NCBI GenBank assembly: GCA_963666285.1
Contig: OY762711.1
DNA from: Sedimentisphaerales bacterium
GTDB taxonomy: Bacteria > Planctomycetota > Phycisphaerae > Sedimentisphaerales > SM23-30
DNA length: 64,000 nt
Direction: 5' to 3' (one strand)
The notes below the pieces were generated by a model. The model saw only the letters and a list, made by a program, of their open reading frames with translations. It ran no database searches and was not told the origin of the DNA. Each line of letters opens with the position of its first letter. The stretch's first letter is position 1. Positions 20,380-29,896 of this stretch are shown here, piece by piece. The position numbers and the translations under genes are program-made.

Positions 20380-21726
20380 ATGGAAAAAGGTATGAATCGC
20401 AGAAATTTTATTAAATCAGCATCATTCGGAGCTGCTGCGTTCAGTATTGTGCCTTCCACTGTGTTTGGTGCCGAGGCTCCCAGTAATAAGCTTAATATCG
20501 CAGGTGTTGGTGTTGGCGGCATGGGCCACGGCAATCTGAGAGCAATGAAAAGTGAAAATATCATTGCCCTTTGCGATGTGGACTGGAAAAAAGCCGGTGG
20601 TACTTTTAAGGAATATCCTGACGCTAAACAGTTCAAGGATTACAGGGTTATGCTTGATCAAATGGGTGACCAGATTGACGCTGTTATGGTTGCGACACCT
20701 GATCATACTCACGCTTGTGTGGCTTTGGCCGCCATGGAACGCGGTAAACATGTCTATGTCCAAAAACCGCTTACCAAATCTGTTTACGAAGCTAGATTGC
20801 TCACCCAGGCTGCTCATAAATATAATGTTATTACCCAGATGGGTAACCAGGGACACAGCGGAGAAGGTATTCGCCTGATCTGCGAATGGATCTGGGATGG
20901 TGCTATTGGTGATATCCGTGAAGTGCATGCCTGGACCAACAGGCCTATCTGGCCGCAGGGGCTTAAACGGCCTACTGATACTCCTCCTGTTCCGGATTAT
21001 CTGGACTGGGATTTATTCTTAGGTCCGGTTGAAGGTGTTCCATACAATCCTGTTTATCATCCATGGAACTGGCGTGCCTGGACTGACTTTGGTACCGGGG
21101 CCCTGGGCGATATGGCATGCCATATCCTCGACCCTGTATTCTGGGCGTTAAAACTGAAGTATGCCTCTAGTGTTCAGGGTTCGTACGCTTACGGCTATTA
21201 TGAAGGAAAGAGAATCGGTTTCGAAGATACCTTCCCGGTTGCTTCAAAAATCCATCTCGAATATCCTGCCAGGGAATCTATGCCGGCTGTTAAAGTCAAT
21301 TGGTATGATGGCGGAATTCTTCCTGAAAGACCTGCTGAACTGGAATCCGGCAGAAGAATGGGTGATTCCGACGGCGGTGTAATTTTCGTAGGCGACAAGG
21401 GCAAGATAATGTGCGGCTGCTATGGAAAGAACCCGCAGATTATCCCTTATAGCGAAATGAAAAAGTATAACAGACCTCCGAAGACATTAGAGCGGGTTGA
21501 AACCAGCCATGAGATGAACTGGATCGAAGCTATCAAGAATAATAAACAGGCCAGTTCAAACTTTGATTATGCCGGTCCGTTTACTGAAATGGTATTGATG
21601 GGTAATCTCAGCCTCTATAAACCAGGTCATAAACTGGAATGGGACGGCGAAAAGATGGAAGTCACCAATTACCCTGAATTAAATGCATTAGTTAACCCTG
21701 CCAGGAAAGCCGGCTGGGAACTATAA
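20380..21726 (+). CDS. Tat-exported Gfo/Idh/MocA oxidoreductase (glycoside 3-dehydrogenase-like)
   Basis: NRRNFI signal; GVGGMG, ATPDHTHA, VQKPL, QMGNQG, GTGALGDMACH. Confidence 0.9.
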   Translation: MEKGMNRRNFIKSASFGAAAFSIVPSTVFGAEAPSNKLNIAGVGVGGMGHGNLRAMKSENIIALCDVDWKKAGGTFKEYPDAKQFKDYRVMLDQMGDQIDAVMVATPDHTHACVALAAMERGKHVYVQKPLTKSVYEARLLTQAAHKYNVITQMGNQGHSGEGIRLICEWIWDGAIGDIREVHAWTNRPIWPQGLKRPTDTPPVPDYLDWDLFLGPVEGVPYNPVYHPWNWRAWTDFGTGALGDMACHILDPVFWALKLKYASSVQGSYAYGYYEGKRIGFEDTFPVASKIHLEYPARESMPAVKVNWYDGGILPERPAELESGRRMGDSDGGVIFVGDKGKIMCGCYGKNPQIIPYSEMKKYNRPPKTLERVETSHEMNWIEAIKNNKQASSNFDYAGPFTEMVLMGNLSLYKPGHKLEWDGEKMEVTNYPELNALVNPARKAGWEL

Positions 21727-21761
21727 ATAAATTTTGTAACATTTGTTTGAGGAAAAGAAGT

Positions 21762-23168
21762 ATGAAACGTTTATTTTCATTATTGCTTGTATTATTGTCA
21801 GCTCAATTGCTTTGTGCCGACAGCCTGAAACAGCACCCGCAGCCTTCTGCTTATGATGGTTGGCGATTGGGTGTTCAATGCTGGTCATTCAACAGGTTCA
21901 CTATGTTTGAAGCTATTGATAAAACCAGGGAACTTGGCTTGAACTATATTCAGGCTTTTCCCGGCCAGAAAGTATCTAAGGATCTGGACATGGGTTTTGG
22001 CCCTGATCTTAACGCCGAGCAGCGTGCCATGGTTAAGGCAAAGCTTGCTGATGCCAATATACAGGTTCTCGCCTTTGGCGTTACCGGCATATCCAAAAAC
22101 GAGGTCGAGGCTAGAAAGCTTTTTGATTTTGCCAAAGATATGGGCATTAAAATGATCGCTTCCGAACCGGAATTTGACCAGTTTGATTTGCTTGACAAAC
22201 TTTGCCAGGAATATCAGATTAAGCTTGGCATCCACAACCATCCTAATCCTAACCGGTACTGGAATCCGGATACAGTATTGAAAATGTGCCAGGGCCGCAG
22301 TAAATGGATTGGTGCCTGTACTGATGTTGGCCACTGGGTTCGCAGCGGGCTTGATCCTGTAGAATGCCTGAAAAAGCTGGAAGGCAGAATTCATGATGTG
22401 CATACCAAGGAAATTGAAGATGGACATGATGTAGTCTGGGGTACCGGACAGGGCCGCATGAAAGGTATTCTTAAAGAGTTGAAACGTCAGGGCTACAAAG
22501 GTACTTTTACCGTTGAATATGAATATAACTGGGATAATAACGTACCTGAAATTCGTAAATCTGCTGAATATTTTGATACAGTTTCTTCTGAACTGTTCCC
22601 CGGCGGCTGGCATAATCTGTTTGCTGCTGACCTGTCAAATGCTGACTACAAGGAAGGCAGCTGGAAGATGGCTGATGGTGTCCTGGAAAGGACCGGCAGC
22701 GGTGATGTCTGGACCAAGGGCAAATATTCTGATTACATCTTGGATTTCGATTTCAAATTGGATAAAGGTACAAATAGCGGTGTTTTCCTGAGGGCGGCAG
22801 AACATACATGGCTTCCTTGGCCGGAAGTACAGGTTGAAGATTCGTTTGGTAAAGGTATCAACAGGCATCTTTGCGGTGGTATTTATGATATCTCTGCTCC
22901 TAAGGTGAACTCTGTTAAGCAGCCTGGCCAGTGGAACCATATGTCCATTATGGCAGATGGCAGTGATATCAGCGTCGTCCTTAACGGCAAGCTGGTAACT
23001 GATATCGACCTTAACGACTGGACCACGGCTGGCAAAAATCCTGACGGCAGCGATAATAAATTCAAAAATATTGCTTATAAAGATCTGCCTAGAACCGGCT
23101 GGATTGGCTTCCAGGATCATGGCTTTGTTGTCTGGTATCGCAATGTAAAAATTAAAGAGTTAAATTAG
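21762..23168 (+). CDS. Exported fusion: TIM-barrel isomerase/lyase-like domain + DUF1080 (3-keto-disaccharide hydrolase/lyase family)
   Basis: Signal peptide; LGVQCWSF, GIHNH, DVGHWVRSGLDP, VEYE; then NSGVF, EVQVED, GQWN, GWIGFQDHG, YRNVKIKEL. Confidence 0.88.
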   Translation: MKRLFSLLLVLLSAQLLCADSLKQHPQPSAYDGWRLGVQCWSFNRFTMFEAIDKTRELGLNYIQAFPGQKVSKDLDMGFGPDLNAEQRAMVKAKLADANIQVLAFGVTGISKNEVEARKLFDFAKDMGIKMIASEPEFDQFDLLDKLCQEYQIKLGIHNHPNPNRYWNPDTVLKMCQGRSKWIGACTDVGHWVRSGLDPVECLKKLEGRIHDVHTKEIEDGHDVVWGTGQGRMKGILKELKRQGYKGTFTVEYEYNWDNNVPEIRKSAEYFDTVSSELFPGGWHNLFAADLSNADYKEGSWKMADGVLERTGSGDVWTKGKYSDYILDFDFKLDKGTNSGVFLRAAEHTWLPWPEVQVEDSFGKGINRHLCGGIYDISAPKVNSVKQPGQWNHMSIMADGSDISVVLNGKLVTDIDLNDWTTAGKNPDGSDNKFKNIAYKDLPRTGWIGFQDHGFVVWYRNVKIKELN

Positions 23169-23187
23169 TAAGTAATTATTGTGATTT

Positions 23188-23364
23188 ACTTTCGCAGTTT
23201 TTAAGTTGCAGAAATCGCCTAAAAGGGCCTTCCTGCAGCACTTTGAATTAAATATACTTTTGAGAATCAGCTTGTAAATACAATTAAGTGTATAGTTTTC
23301 ATTCACAAGGCCCCTATAGGCCTTTGCGTGTAGTGTTGAATAGTCAAAAGTGCGAAATCGCACT
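23188..23364 (+). repeat. Structured non-coding repeat, copy 2 (177 nt), ending 26 nt before a Tat dehydrogenase start
   Basis: Aligns with 13940-14137 and fills almost the whole intergenic gap. Confidence 0.9.
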
Positions 23365-23390
23365 GGTGTAAAAAAACAAAAGGTACAATT

Positions 23391-24743
23391 ATGCAGAAAG
23401 ATTTGAACAGAAGACAATTTTTTCAGGCTACGGCTGCTCTTGGTGCGGGTGCATACCTGACCGGTAAAGCCTATGGTGCGGATAATAATGATAAAGATGT
23501 TATAAATGTTGCCCTTTTAGGTGTTGGTACCCAGGGCCAGACATTGATGGATGCCATTCTCAAGAAAAAAGATAAGAGCGTCCGCTTTGTTGCCGTTTGT
23601 GACATCTGGGATGTTAACAGAAAACGTGCCCAGAAGCAGCTAAAGGCTTACAGCAAGTATATGGGATATCGCTATGCCGGGTATTCCGATTATCAGGAAA
23701 TGCTTGATAAGGAAACCGATCTGGATGCTGTCATCGTTGCTACCCCTGACTTCTGGCATGCCCCTCATACCATAGCTTGCCTGAATAAAGGCTTGCATGT
23801 TTACTGCGAAAAAGAAATGAGTAACACCCTCGAAGGTGCCCGCAAAATGGTCGATGCCCAGAAAGCTTCCGGTAAGCTTCTCCAGATCGGTCATCAGCGT
23901 CGTAGTAATCCTAGATATGTTCATTCCTATGAAAAACTGCTCAAAGAAGCTAACCTGATCGGTCGCATTACCGGTGTTAACGGCCAGTGGAACAGAAGCC
24001 GCCAGTCTTGTGAAGATTTCGGTTGGCCGGAAGGTACCGATATTCCGGAAGCTACCCTGAATAAATACGGCTTCAAGGATATGAAACAGTTCCGTAACTG
24101 GCGCTGGTATAAAGGGCTTGGCGGCGGACCGATTGTTGACCTTGGCAGTCATCAGATTGATATCTACAGCTGGTTTATCGGCAGCAATCCAAAGAGCGTT
24201 ATTGCTAGCGGCGGTGTCGATTACTGGGGTCATGAATGGTATGACAATGTTATGGCCATTTATGAATATGAAACCAAGGAAGGCGGTATTGCCAGGGCGT
24301 TCTATCAGACTACAACAACCAATAGTGCCAACGGTTATTTCGAAAGCTTTATGGGTGATGAAGGTACTCTGATGATGTCAGAAACCGGTGCTCGCTGTGG
24401 TATTTACCGTGAAGCATGGGTTGATGAAAAGAAATGGGAACCTTGGGTTGGCAAGGGATATATTGCTGCCCCTGAGGAAAAGAAACTTGTCAAGGAAGAA
24501 GAAAAGTCTGTTTTGAATGTTGAACCTAGTCCGACTCCTCCTAAGTATGGAATTCCGCTGGAGTTTAGTGACCCGTTCCATCAGCCGCATCTGTTTAACT
24601 TCTTCAATTCGATACGCGGCAAGGAAAAACTGAACTGCCCGGGTGAGATCGGTTATGAAACCGCTGTTACCGTTCTGAAGGTTAACGAAGCGATCGAAAA
24701 AGGCACACGCCTTGAGTTCAAACCTGAAGAGTTTCATGTTTAA
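23391..24743 (+). CDS. Tat-exported Gfo/Idh/MocA oxidoreductase
   Basis: NRRQFF signal; GVGTQG, ATPDFWH, variant CEKEM, QIGHQRRS, DLGSHQID. Confidence 0.9.
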   Translation: MQKDLNRRQFFQATAALGAGAYLTGKAYGADNNDKDVINVALLGVGTQGQTLMDAILKKKDKSVRFVAVCDIWDVNRKRAQKQLKAYSKYMGYRYAGYSDYQEMLDKETDLDAVIVATPDFWHAPHTIACLNKGLHVYCEKEMSNTLEGARKMVDAQKASGKLLQIGHQRRSNPRYVHSYEKLLKEANLIGRITGVNGQWNRSRQSCEDFGWPEGTDIPEATLNKYGFKDMKQFRNWRWYKGLGGGPIVDLGSHQIDIYSWFIGSNPKSVIASGGVDYWGHEWYDNVMAIYEYETKEGGIARAFYQTTTTNSANGYFESFMGDEGTLMMSETGARCGIYREAWVDEKKWEPWVGKGYIAAPEEKKLVKEEEKSVLNVEPSPTPPKYGIPLEFSDPFHQPHLFNFFNSIRGKEKLNCPGEIGYETAVTVLKVNEAIEKGTRLEFKPEEFHV

Positions 24744-24814
24744 TTGATAATTTATTAACTGTATAAATTATGCTGCCTTGCTCGTTTAATTGCGGGCAGG
24801 GCAGTAAAAAATAT

Positions 24815-26641
24815 ATGATGAAAATATTTAATTTAATAATAGTAGTATTTTTTGTCGGTACTGCTTTAGCTTCTTCTGAAGAGGGGGTGATGGTTGGTGA
24901 AGGCAACGATGCCAATCGCAGTTCCCCGGTCCATCTGTTCAATCTGAAAGATGAAGCAGGTTTGGTTATTAGGGCCGATAGCGAAAAGCAGCAGCCGTTT
25001 TCTACCAAAAAAACTTGTGGTGAATGTCATAACTACGATGAAATATCAAAAGGCTGGCATTTTAACGCACATGATACCGAAGTTGATGCCGGTCGACCCG
25101 GTGAGCCCTGGGTATTGGTTGACAGCATTTGCCGCAGCCAGATTCCTGTAACTGCTCGTGGTTGGCAAGGTACTTTTGCCCCACAGGATGTCGGCATTAC
25201 GCCATGGCTGTTTCTGAAGAAATTCTATAGCCACTTCCCCGGCGGCAGCTATGGTGAGATGGAGGCTGACAATCCCGAGGAAGGTATTCGACAGGGTATC
25301 AGCGGCATGTACGAGATAAATTGTCTCGCCTGTCATAATCGCTCTTCGTACGAAGATCAGAGCCTGGCTGCTATGCAGGTTGCCCGTCAGAATTACCGAT
25401 GGGTGCCGACTGCTTCCAGTGGCTTGGCTACCGTTGAAGGGCTCGCTTCCAGTCTGGATGACTTCTATGACCCCGAATTTGACGAAGGCGGCATAGAAGT
25501 AACTTACAGGCAGGGGATATTCGACAAAGAAGATAAAGTCCTTATGGATATTGGACTGCCGGAAAATGACAGTTGTTATTTCTGCCATTCCAATAAAGAC
25601 CTGTCTGTTTCTTCTGAGATGGAGTGGACTCGCGACCAGGATGTCCACTTGCATAGCGGGTTGAATTGTATCGACTGTCATAGAAACGGCGATGACCATA
25701 TGATCACACGCGGCTTTGAGCATGAAGGGTTAGCCGGCACGCTGTCGTGCGAAGGCTGCCATATCGCAGATCATAATGGCGGCAAACCGATAGCAAACCG
25801 TCTCGGTGCCCCTGCTCCCGAACATGCTGGTATTCCTCCGATTCACTTCGAAAGATTATCATGTACCGCATGCCATTCCGGCAACTGGCCCGAAGAACAG
25901 GCCGGACAGCTTCGTACCGCTAGAATTCACAAGACTGCTCTGCATGGCCAGCATAATATGAACCAGAGACAGCCCCACATTTACGGCCCGGTTCTTATGA
26001 GAGGAACTGATGGCAAAATTGCTCCTCACAAACTTTTCTGGCCGTCCTACTGGGCTGATGCTTCCGGTGAAGATATTTCACCAATCAATCCCGAAAAGGT
26101 TCTGGAGTCTGCCGGTGATATCTTAAAGGAAGAGGTCGAAAAACAGAATGACTGGCGCCCGTTAACTGATGAGCAAATTACCGCTGTTCTAAATAAACTG
26201 CGAAATGGCGAAAATGCCCCGGTCTATATTGCCGGCGGAAAGATGTATAAACTGGCTGCCGGTGATAAGCTGGAAATTTCTGAACCTGTTGCCGCTCAGC
26301 CATATGCCTGGCCTATGGCTCATGATGTCCGACCGGCCGAGCAGGCCTTAGGCGTAAACAAATGTGCCGATTGTCATGATAGCAAGTCGTCATTTTTCTA
26401 TAGCGAGCTTCCTGTTGATGGTCCGCTCGTTGCCCAGGGCGGTCAGCAGTTTATAAATATGATCGATCTCCAGGGGCTTGATAAACGTTATATGGCTGCT
26501 TTTAATGCCTCGTTTATTTTCAGGCCAATGTTGAAATTTGTTGCTTTTGGTTCCTGCGGACTGATAGCTCTTGTCGTACTCGCATATGTCCTCAAGGCGA
26601 TTGCTGCTGTTACCAAAGCCGGTACAGAGGAGGTGGAATAA
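24815..26641 (+). CDS. Multihaem cytochrome c (7 CxxCH), exported, with C-terminal TM anchor
   Basis: CGECH, CLACH, CYFCH, CIDCH, CEGCH, CTACH, CADCH; signal peptide from MMKIF; hydrophobic C-terminus. Confidence 0.88.
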   Translation: MMKIFNLIIVVFFVGTALASSEEGVMVGEGNDANRSSPVHLFNLKDEAGLVIRADSEKQQPFSTKKTCGECHNYDEISKGWHFNAHDTEVDAGRPGEPWVLVDSICRSQIPVTARGWQGTFAPQDVGITPWLFLKKFYSHFPGGSYGEMEADNPEEGIRQGISGMYEINCLACHNRSSYEDQSLAAMQVARQNYRWVPTASSGLATVEGLASSLDDFYDPEFDEGGIEVTYRQGIFDKEDKVLMDIGLPENDSCYFCHSNKDLSVSSEMEWTRDQDVHLHSGLNCIDCHRNGDDHMITRGFEHEGLAGTLSCEGCHIADHNGGKPIANRLGAPAPEHAGIPPIHFERLSCTACHSGNWPEEQAGQLRTARIHKTALHGQHNMNQRQPHIYGPVLMRGTDGKIAPHKLFWPSYWADASGEDISPINPEKVLESAGDILKEEVEKQNDWRPLTDEQITAVLNKLRNGENAPVYIAGGKMYKLAAGDKLEISEPVAAQPYAWPMAHDVRPAEQALGVNKCADCHDSKSSFFYSELPVDGPLVAQGGQQFINMIDLQGLDKRYMAAFNASFIFRPMLKFVAFGSCGLIALVVLAYVLKAIAAVTKAGTEEVE

Positions 26642-26642
26642 T

Positions 26643-27290
26643 ATGTTTGAAACAATTTCATTATTACTTCTGGTAATTGTTTTCGGCGTTATTTTTATCC
26701 ATTATATGGTTGTCCCATGCGGCTGTAAGCCGGAGCTGACAATTGGTGGATTGATAATACTGAATATTAAAAATATTCTTAAACTTATTTTTACCGGTGA
26801 GAAAAAATGGCTTGTTCGACTGCGTGTGCTGGCGTTTTGGCTCGGTGCTTTTTCGTTTGCGATTTTGTTCCTTACCGGTTTCACTCCGCTCGTCTCTGGT
26901 GTCAGGCTTCAAGGCTATTTGCTCATGCTTCACGCTACCTTCGCACCGGTATTTCTCGTTTGTGCTATGGTCGTTGTGCTCGGCGGGGCGGCTCAATATT
27001 GCTTCACTGCCAAAGATGGTGAAATTCTCTCCAAACCTGCCGAATATAAAGGCGGTCTGGGCGGCATTCTCACCGACACCGGCATAGCGGCCAAGGCGTG
27101 TTTCTGGATTCTCGCTATAATGACACTGCCGCTTACTCTTTCTATGGTATTGAGTATGCTGCCCTTGTTTGGCACTGACATGCAGGAGTTTCTTTTCGAG
27201 GCTCATCGCTGGTCGGCCCTGATTTTCGCCGCTTTCGCGATTTTTGAGCTGTATATTCTGTTGAGATTACAGATTTTAAGTATAGATTAA
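26643..27290 (+). CDS. Cytochrome b/b6-like (FdnI-type) polytopic membrane protein
   Basis: About 5 TM helices with in-membrane His (LLMLHATFAPVF, EAHRWSALIF); GAGGAGG RBS; starts 1 nt after the cytochrome c stop. Confidence 0.65.
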   Translation: MFETISLLLLVIVFGVIFIHYMVVPCGCKPELTIGGLIILNIKNILKLIFTGEKKWLVRLRVLAFWLGAFSFAILFLTGFTPLVSGVRLQGYLLMLHATFAPVFLVCAMVVVLGGAAQYCFTAKDGEILSKPAEYKGGLGGILTDTGIAAKACFWILAIMTLPLTLSMVLSMLPLFGTDMQEFLFEAHRWSALIFAAFAIFELYILLRLQILSID

Positions 27291-27360
27291 ATACATGTAA
27301 CTCATTGTTGAATACTAGGTTAAGAATGATATATTCGTCGCAGGTATGTACAATTTAAAT

Positions 27361-27389
27361 TTGACATTATATGGCGTTGGAGTTATCAT
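27361..27389 (+). promoter_or_regulatory. Near-consensus sigma70 promoter upstream of the MFS operon
   Basis: TTGACA-N17-TATCAT. Confidence 0.7.
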
Positions 27390-27651
27390 GTTTTAAAATT
27401 TCTTATGTAAATATTTGTCATGTTTAAGTTTATATAGAAATATCGCAGCATTATGAAAAAAACTCAATTGTTTATTCTTACTGAATATGGGGACTAAAGA
27501 TAGAATTGTATAAGATTTGTTGTAAGTTTGTTATTGTGCTAATTCAATGCTGATTTACCTGGCGACATGATTATAGGATGAAGTGAAATATAAATGCCAT
27601 TTGCGATGGCGCAGTCGTTGTAGAATAACTAAATAATTTATTTTAAGGAGA

Positions 27652-28974
27652 TTGGTTTTGGTTACATTTGTTGCACTTATGAGTACGTTTGGGCTTGGAA
27701 TGTGTTTTTCATTACTTGGGTCTATCAGTGTCAAGTTAATGCCGAGACTTAATATTGACCAGGGTAAATTTGGTAACCTCATTTCCGCCTTTATGTTTTC
27801 CTGTCTGGTTGGATCGTTGGTTACTGGAGTTGTATCAGACAAAATCGGTTATCAGCCTGTAGCTGTTATTGGTTTTTTCCTTACTGTTGCATGTATTCTT
27901 ATCCTGGCCTATGGCAAAACATATACAACTGTTGTCCTTCCTTGCCTATTGCTCGGTTTTGGTGCTATGGCTATGAATACTGTAGGTAATGTAATGGGGC
28001 CGAAGGTCCTTTTCAATGGTGAAAATCCTGCTGCCGCTAACAATTTGGTTAATGTTTTCTTTGGTTTAGGGCTTTTCCTTACTCCTATGATTGTCAGCTT
28101 CTTTTTCAATAAAACAACATATGAAAAGGCAGTATCAATATTAGCAGTTCTGTTACTTGTTCCTGGTGTTCTTGCTCTTATTGCAACTGATTATCCCAAA
28201 AGTGCTGGAAATGCCTTCTCTTTCAGCAATTCTGTTAATCTTTTATCAGAGCCGGGAGTTATTATTGCGGGATTATTGCTGTTCTGCTATATCAGTCTGG
28301 AATCTACTTTTTGTAACTGGCTGCCTTCTTTTGGTAAGGAAGTTGTAAAATCTGAAAATCCTGATATCGAAGAACAAAAAGCTGACGTTTCTGGTCAGAG
28401 TTTACTTTCCCTGTTTGCTATTGCTATGATGGCTGGGCGACTTGTTACCAGTTTTGTAGTTAAAACTGAAATTGGTCACTATTTTATTGCCGGTGCCGCT
28501 GTGGTTATGCTTGTTGTTATCTTTATGATGACTAATACAAAGAGTGGTGCTGCCACTAAAATAGCTGCTTTAATTACTGGTTTCTTCTTTGCCCCTTGTT
28601 TTCCTACAACCGTTGGAGTTACTTTTTCCAAGTTTTCTCCTGATGTTCATGGTACTATTTTTGGTACTATATTTGCCGTTGGGCTGGCCGGTGCTGTTAT
28701 CGTGCCTAATGCGATTGGTAAATTATCTAAAGGCGGCAGTATTCAGAAGAGCCTGAAACTTCTGCTGCCTCTTTGTGTCGGTCTTATTATTATGGCATTG
28801 GTTCTCGGTAATATCGGTGACGCTGAAGCAAAATCAACAGATGAAGTCAAAGCTGCTGATACAACAACTGTTATAGATGATACCAAGGCTATTTCCGAAG
28901 AAGCCGCGACAGCTGTTAATGAAGCTGCTGCTGATCTGACCGAAGAAGCTGCTGAGCAGAATAAAGAAGAATAA
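27652..28974 (+). CDS. MFS transporter (fucose/glucose permease-like) with acidic C-terminal tail
   Basis: 12 TM pattern, GVVSDKIG motif A, YISLE, MMAGR, FPT. RBS spacing favours a TTG start at 27658. Confidence 0.88.
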   Translation: MVLVTFVALMSTFGLGMCFSLLGSISVKLMPRLNIDQGKFGNLISAFMFSCLVGSLVTGVVSDKIGYQPVAVIGFFLTVACILILAYGKTYTTVVLPCLLLGFGAMAMNTVGNVMGPKVLFNGENPAAANNLVNVFFGLGLFLTPMIVSFFFNKTTYEKAVSILAVLLLVPGVLALIATDYPKSAGNAFSFSNSVNLLSEPGVIIAGLLLFCYISLESTFCNWLPSFGKEVVKSENPDIEEQKADVSGQSLLSLFAIAMMAGRLVTSFVVKTEIGHYFIAGAAVVMLVVIFMMTNTKSGAATKIAALITGFFFAPCFPTTVGVTFSKFSPDVHGTIFGTIFAVGLAGAVIVPNAIGKLSKGGSIQKSLKLLLPLCVGLIIMALVLGNIGDAEAKSTDEVKAADTTTVIDDTKAISEEAATAVNEAAADLTEEAAEQNKEE

Positions 28975-29038
28975 AATACAATTTGTGTAGTGTTTTAATA
29001 ATTAGAAATGTAACTTTTAAACTTTTCAGGAGAGATGT

Positions 29039-29896
29039 ATGAAAAAGTTTGTTGTATTGAATCTTGTTATGTTGATGGCCCTGATCGCAGGCTGTGAGAA
29101 GAAATCGGACTCTTCTGATGAGCCTGCTGTTTCGGATAACGCCAAGACCGCAGTACCGAAAGATACTGAACCGGCTTCTCCCGCCGGTGCCCTGACCGAC
29201 GCGGTAGCAGACGCTGCTGATAAGGCAGAAGACGCTGTAAAAGCTGTCGAAGATAAAGTCGAAGCCGAAGTAGAAAAAGCTGTTGATACAGCTAAAGCGG
29301 CTGCTGATCTTGTACCGCTTGAACTGGAACTGCCGGCTCCTATGTTTGTCGGTACTCCGGAAAACCTTTCTGGTATCGACAATCTCGAACCAGACAGCAA
29401 ACAGGCTCGTCCGCCGTTTTTGGTACCGGCCGGTGTAGCTAATATCTCCAGGGGCAAAACTGTAACTGCTTCTGAAATGGATCCTATCATGGGTACTATT
29501 GATATGATCACTGACGGTGACAAGGAAGCTACTGAAGGCAGTGTTGTTGAACTGGGACCGTTCGAGCAGTGGGCACAGATCGACCTCGGCGAAGCAAAAG
29601 AGATTTATGCGATCGTGGTCTGGCATTTCCATAAGACAGCGAGAGTTTATTTTGATGTTGTCGTACAGGTTTCTGACGATCCTGAGTTTATCACCGGAGT
29701 TACTACTCTGTTCAATAACGATATCGACAACTCGCTCAACCTGGGTGCCGGTAATGATATGCACTATCTTGACAAGGCCGAAGGTAAACTTATTGACGGT
29801 AAAGGCACAAAAGGACGCTATGTCCGTCTTTACAGCCAGGGCAACAACCAGAACGACTACAGCCACTATATCGAGGTTGAAGTTTTCGGTAAATAA
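29039..29896 (+). CDS. Lipoprotein with Ala/Asp-rich linker and discoidin/F5-8 type C (galactose-binding-like) domain
   Basis: Lipobox LIAGC; NISRGKTVTAS, ITDGD, WAQIDLG, RYVRLY, EVEVFG. Confidence 0.8.
   Translation: MKKFVVLNLVMLMALIAGCEKKSDSSDEPAVSDNAKTAVPKDTEPASPAGALTDAVADAADKAEDAVKAVEDKVEAEVEKAVDTAKAAADLVPLELELPAPMFVGTPENLSGIDNLEPDSKQARPPFLVPAGVANISRGKTVTASEMDPIMGTIDMITDGDKEATEGSVVELGPFEQWAQIDLGEAKEIYAIVVWHFHKTARVYFDVVVQVSDDPEFITGVTTLFNNDIDNSLNLGAGNDMHYLDKAEGKLIDGKGTKGRYVRLYSQGNNQNDYSHYIEVEVFGK

Noticed and set aside
24771..24806. Strong hairpin between the Gfo and cytochrome genes, as a terminator
   Set aside because: It is followed by A rather than a U-tract, so it is more likely an mRNA-stabilising stem. 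It also argues against the upstream ATG at 24770.
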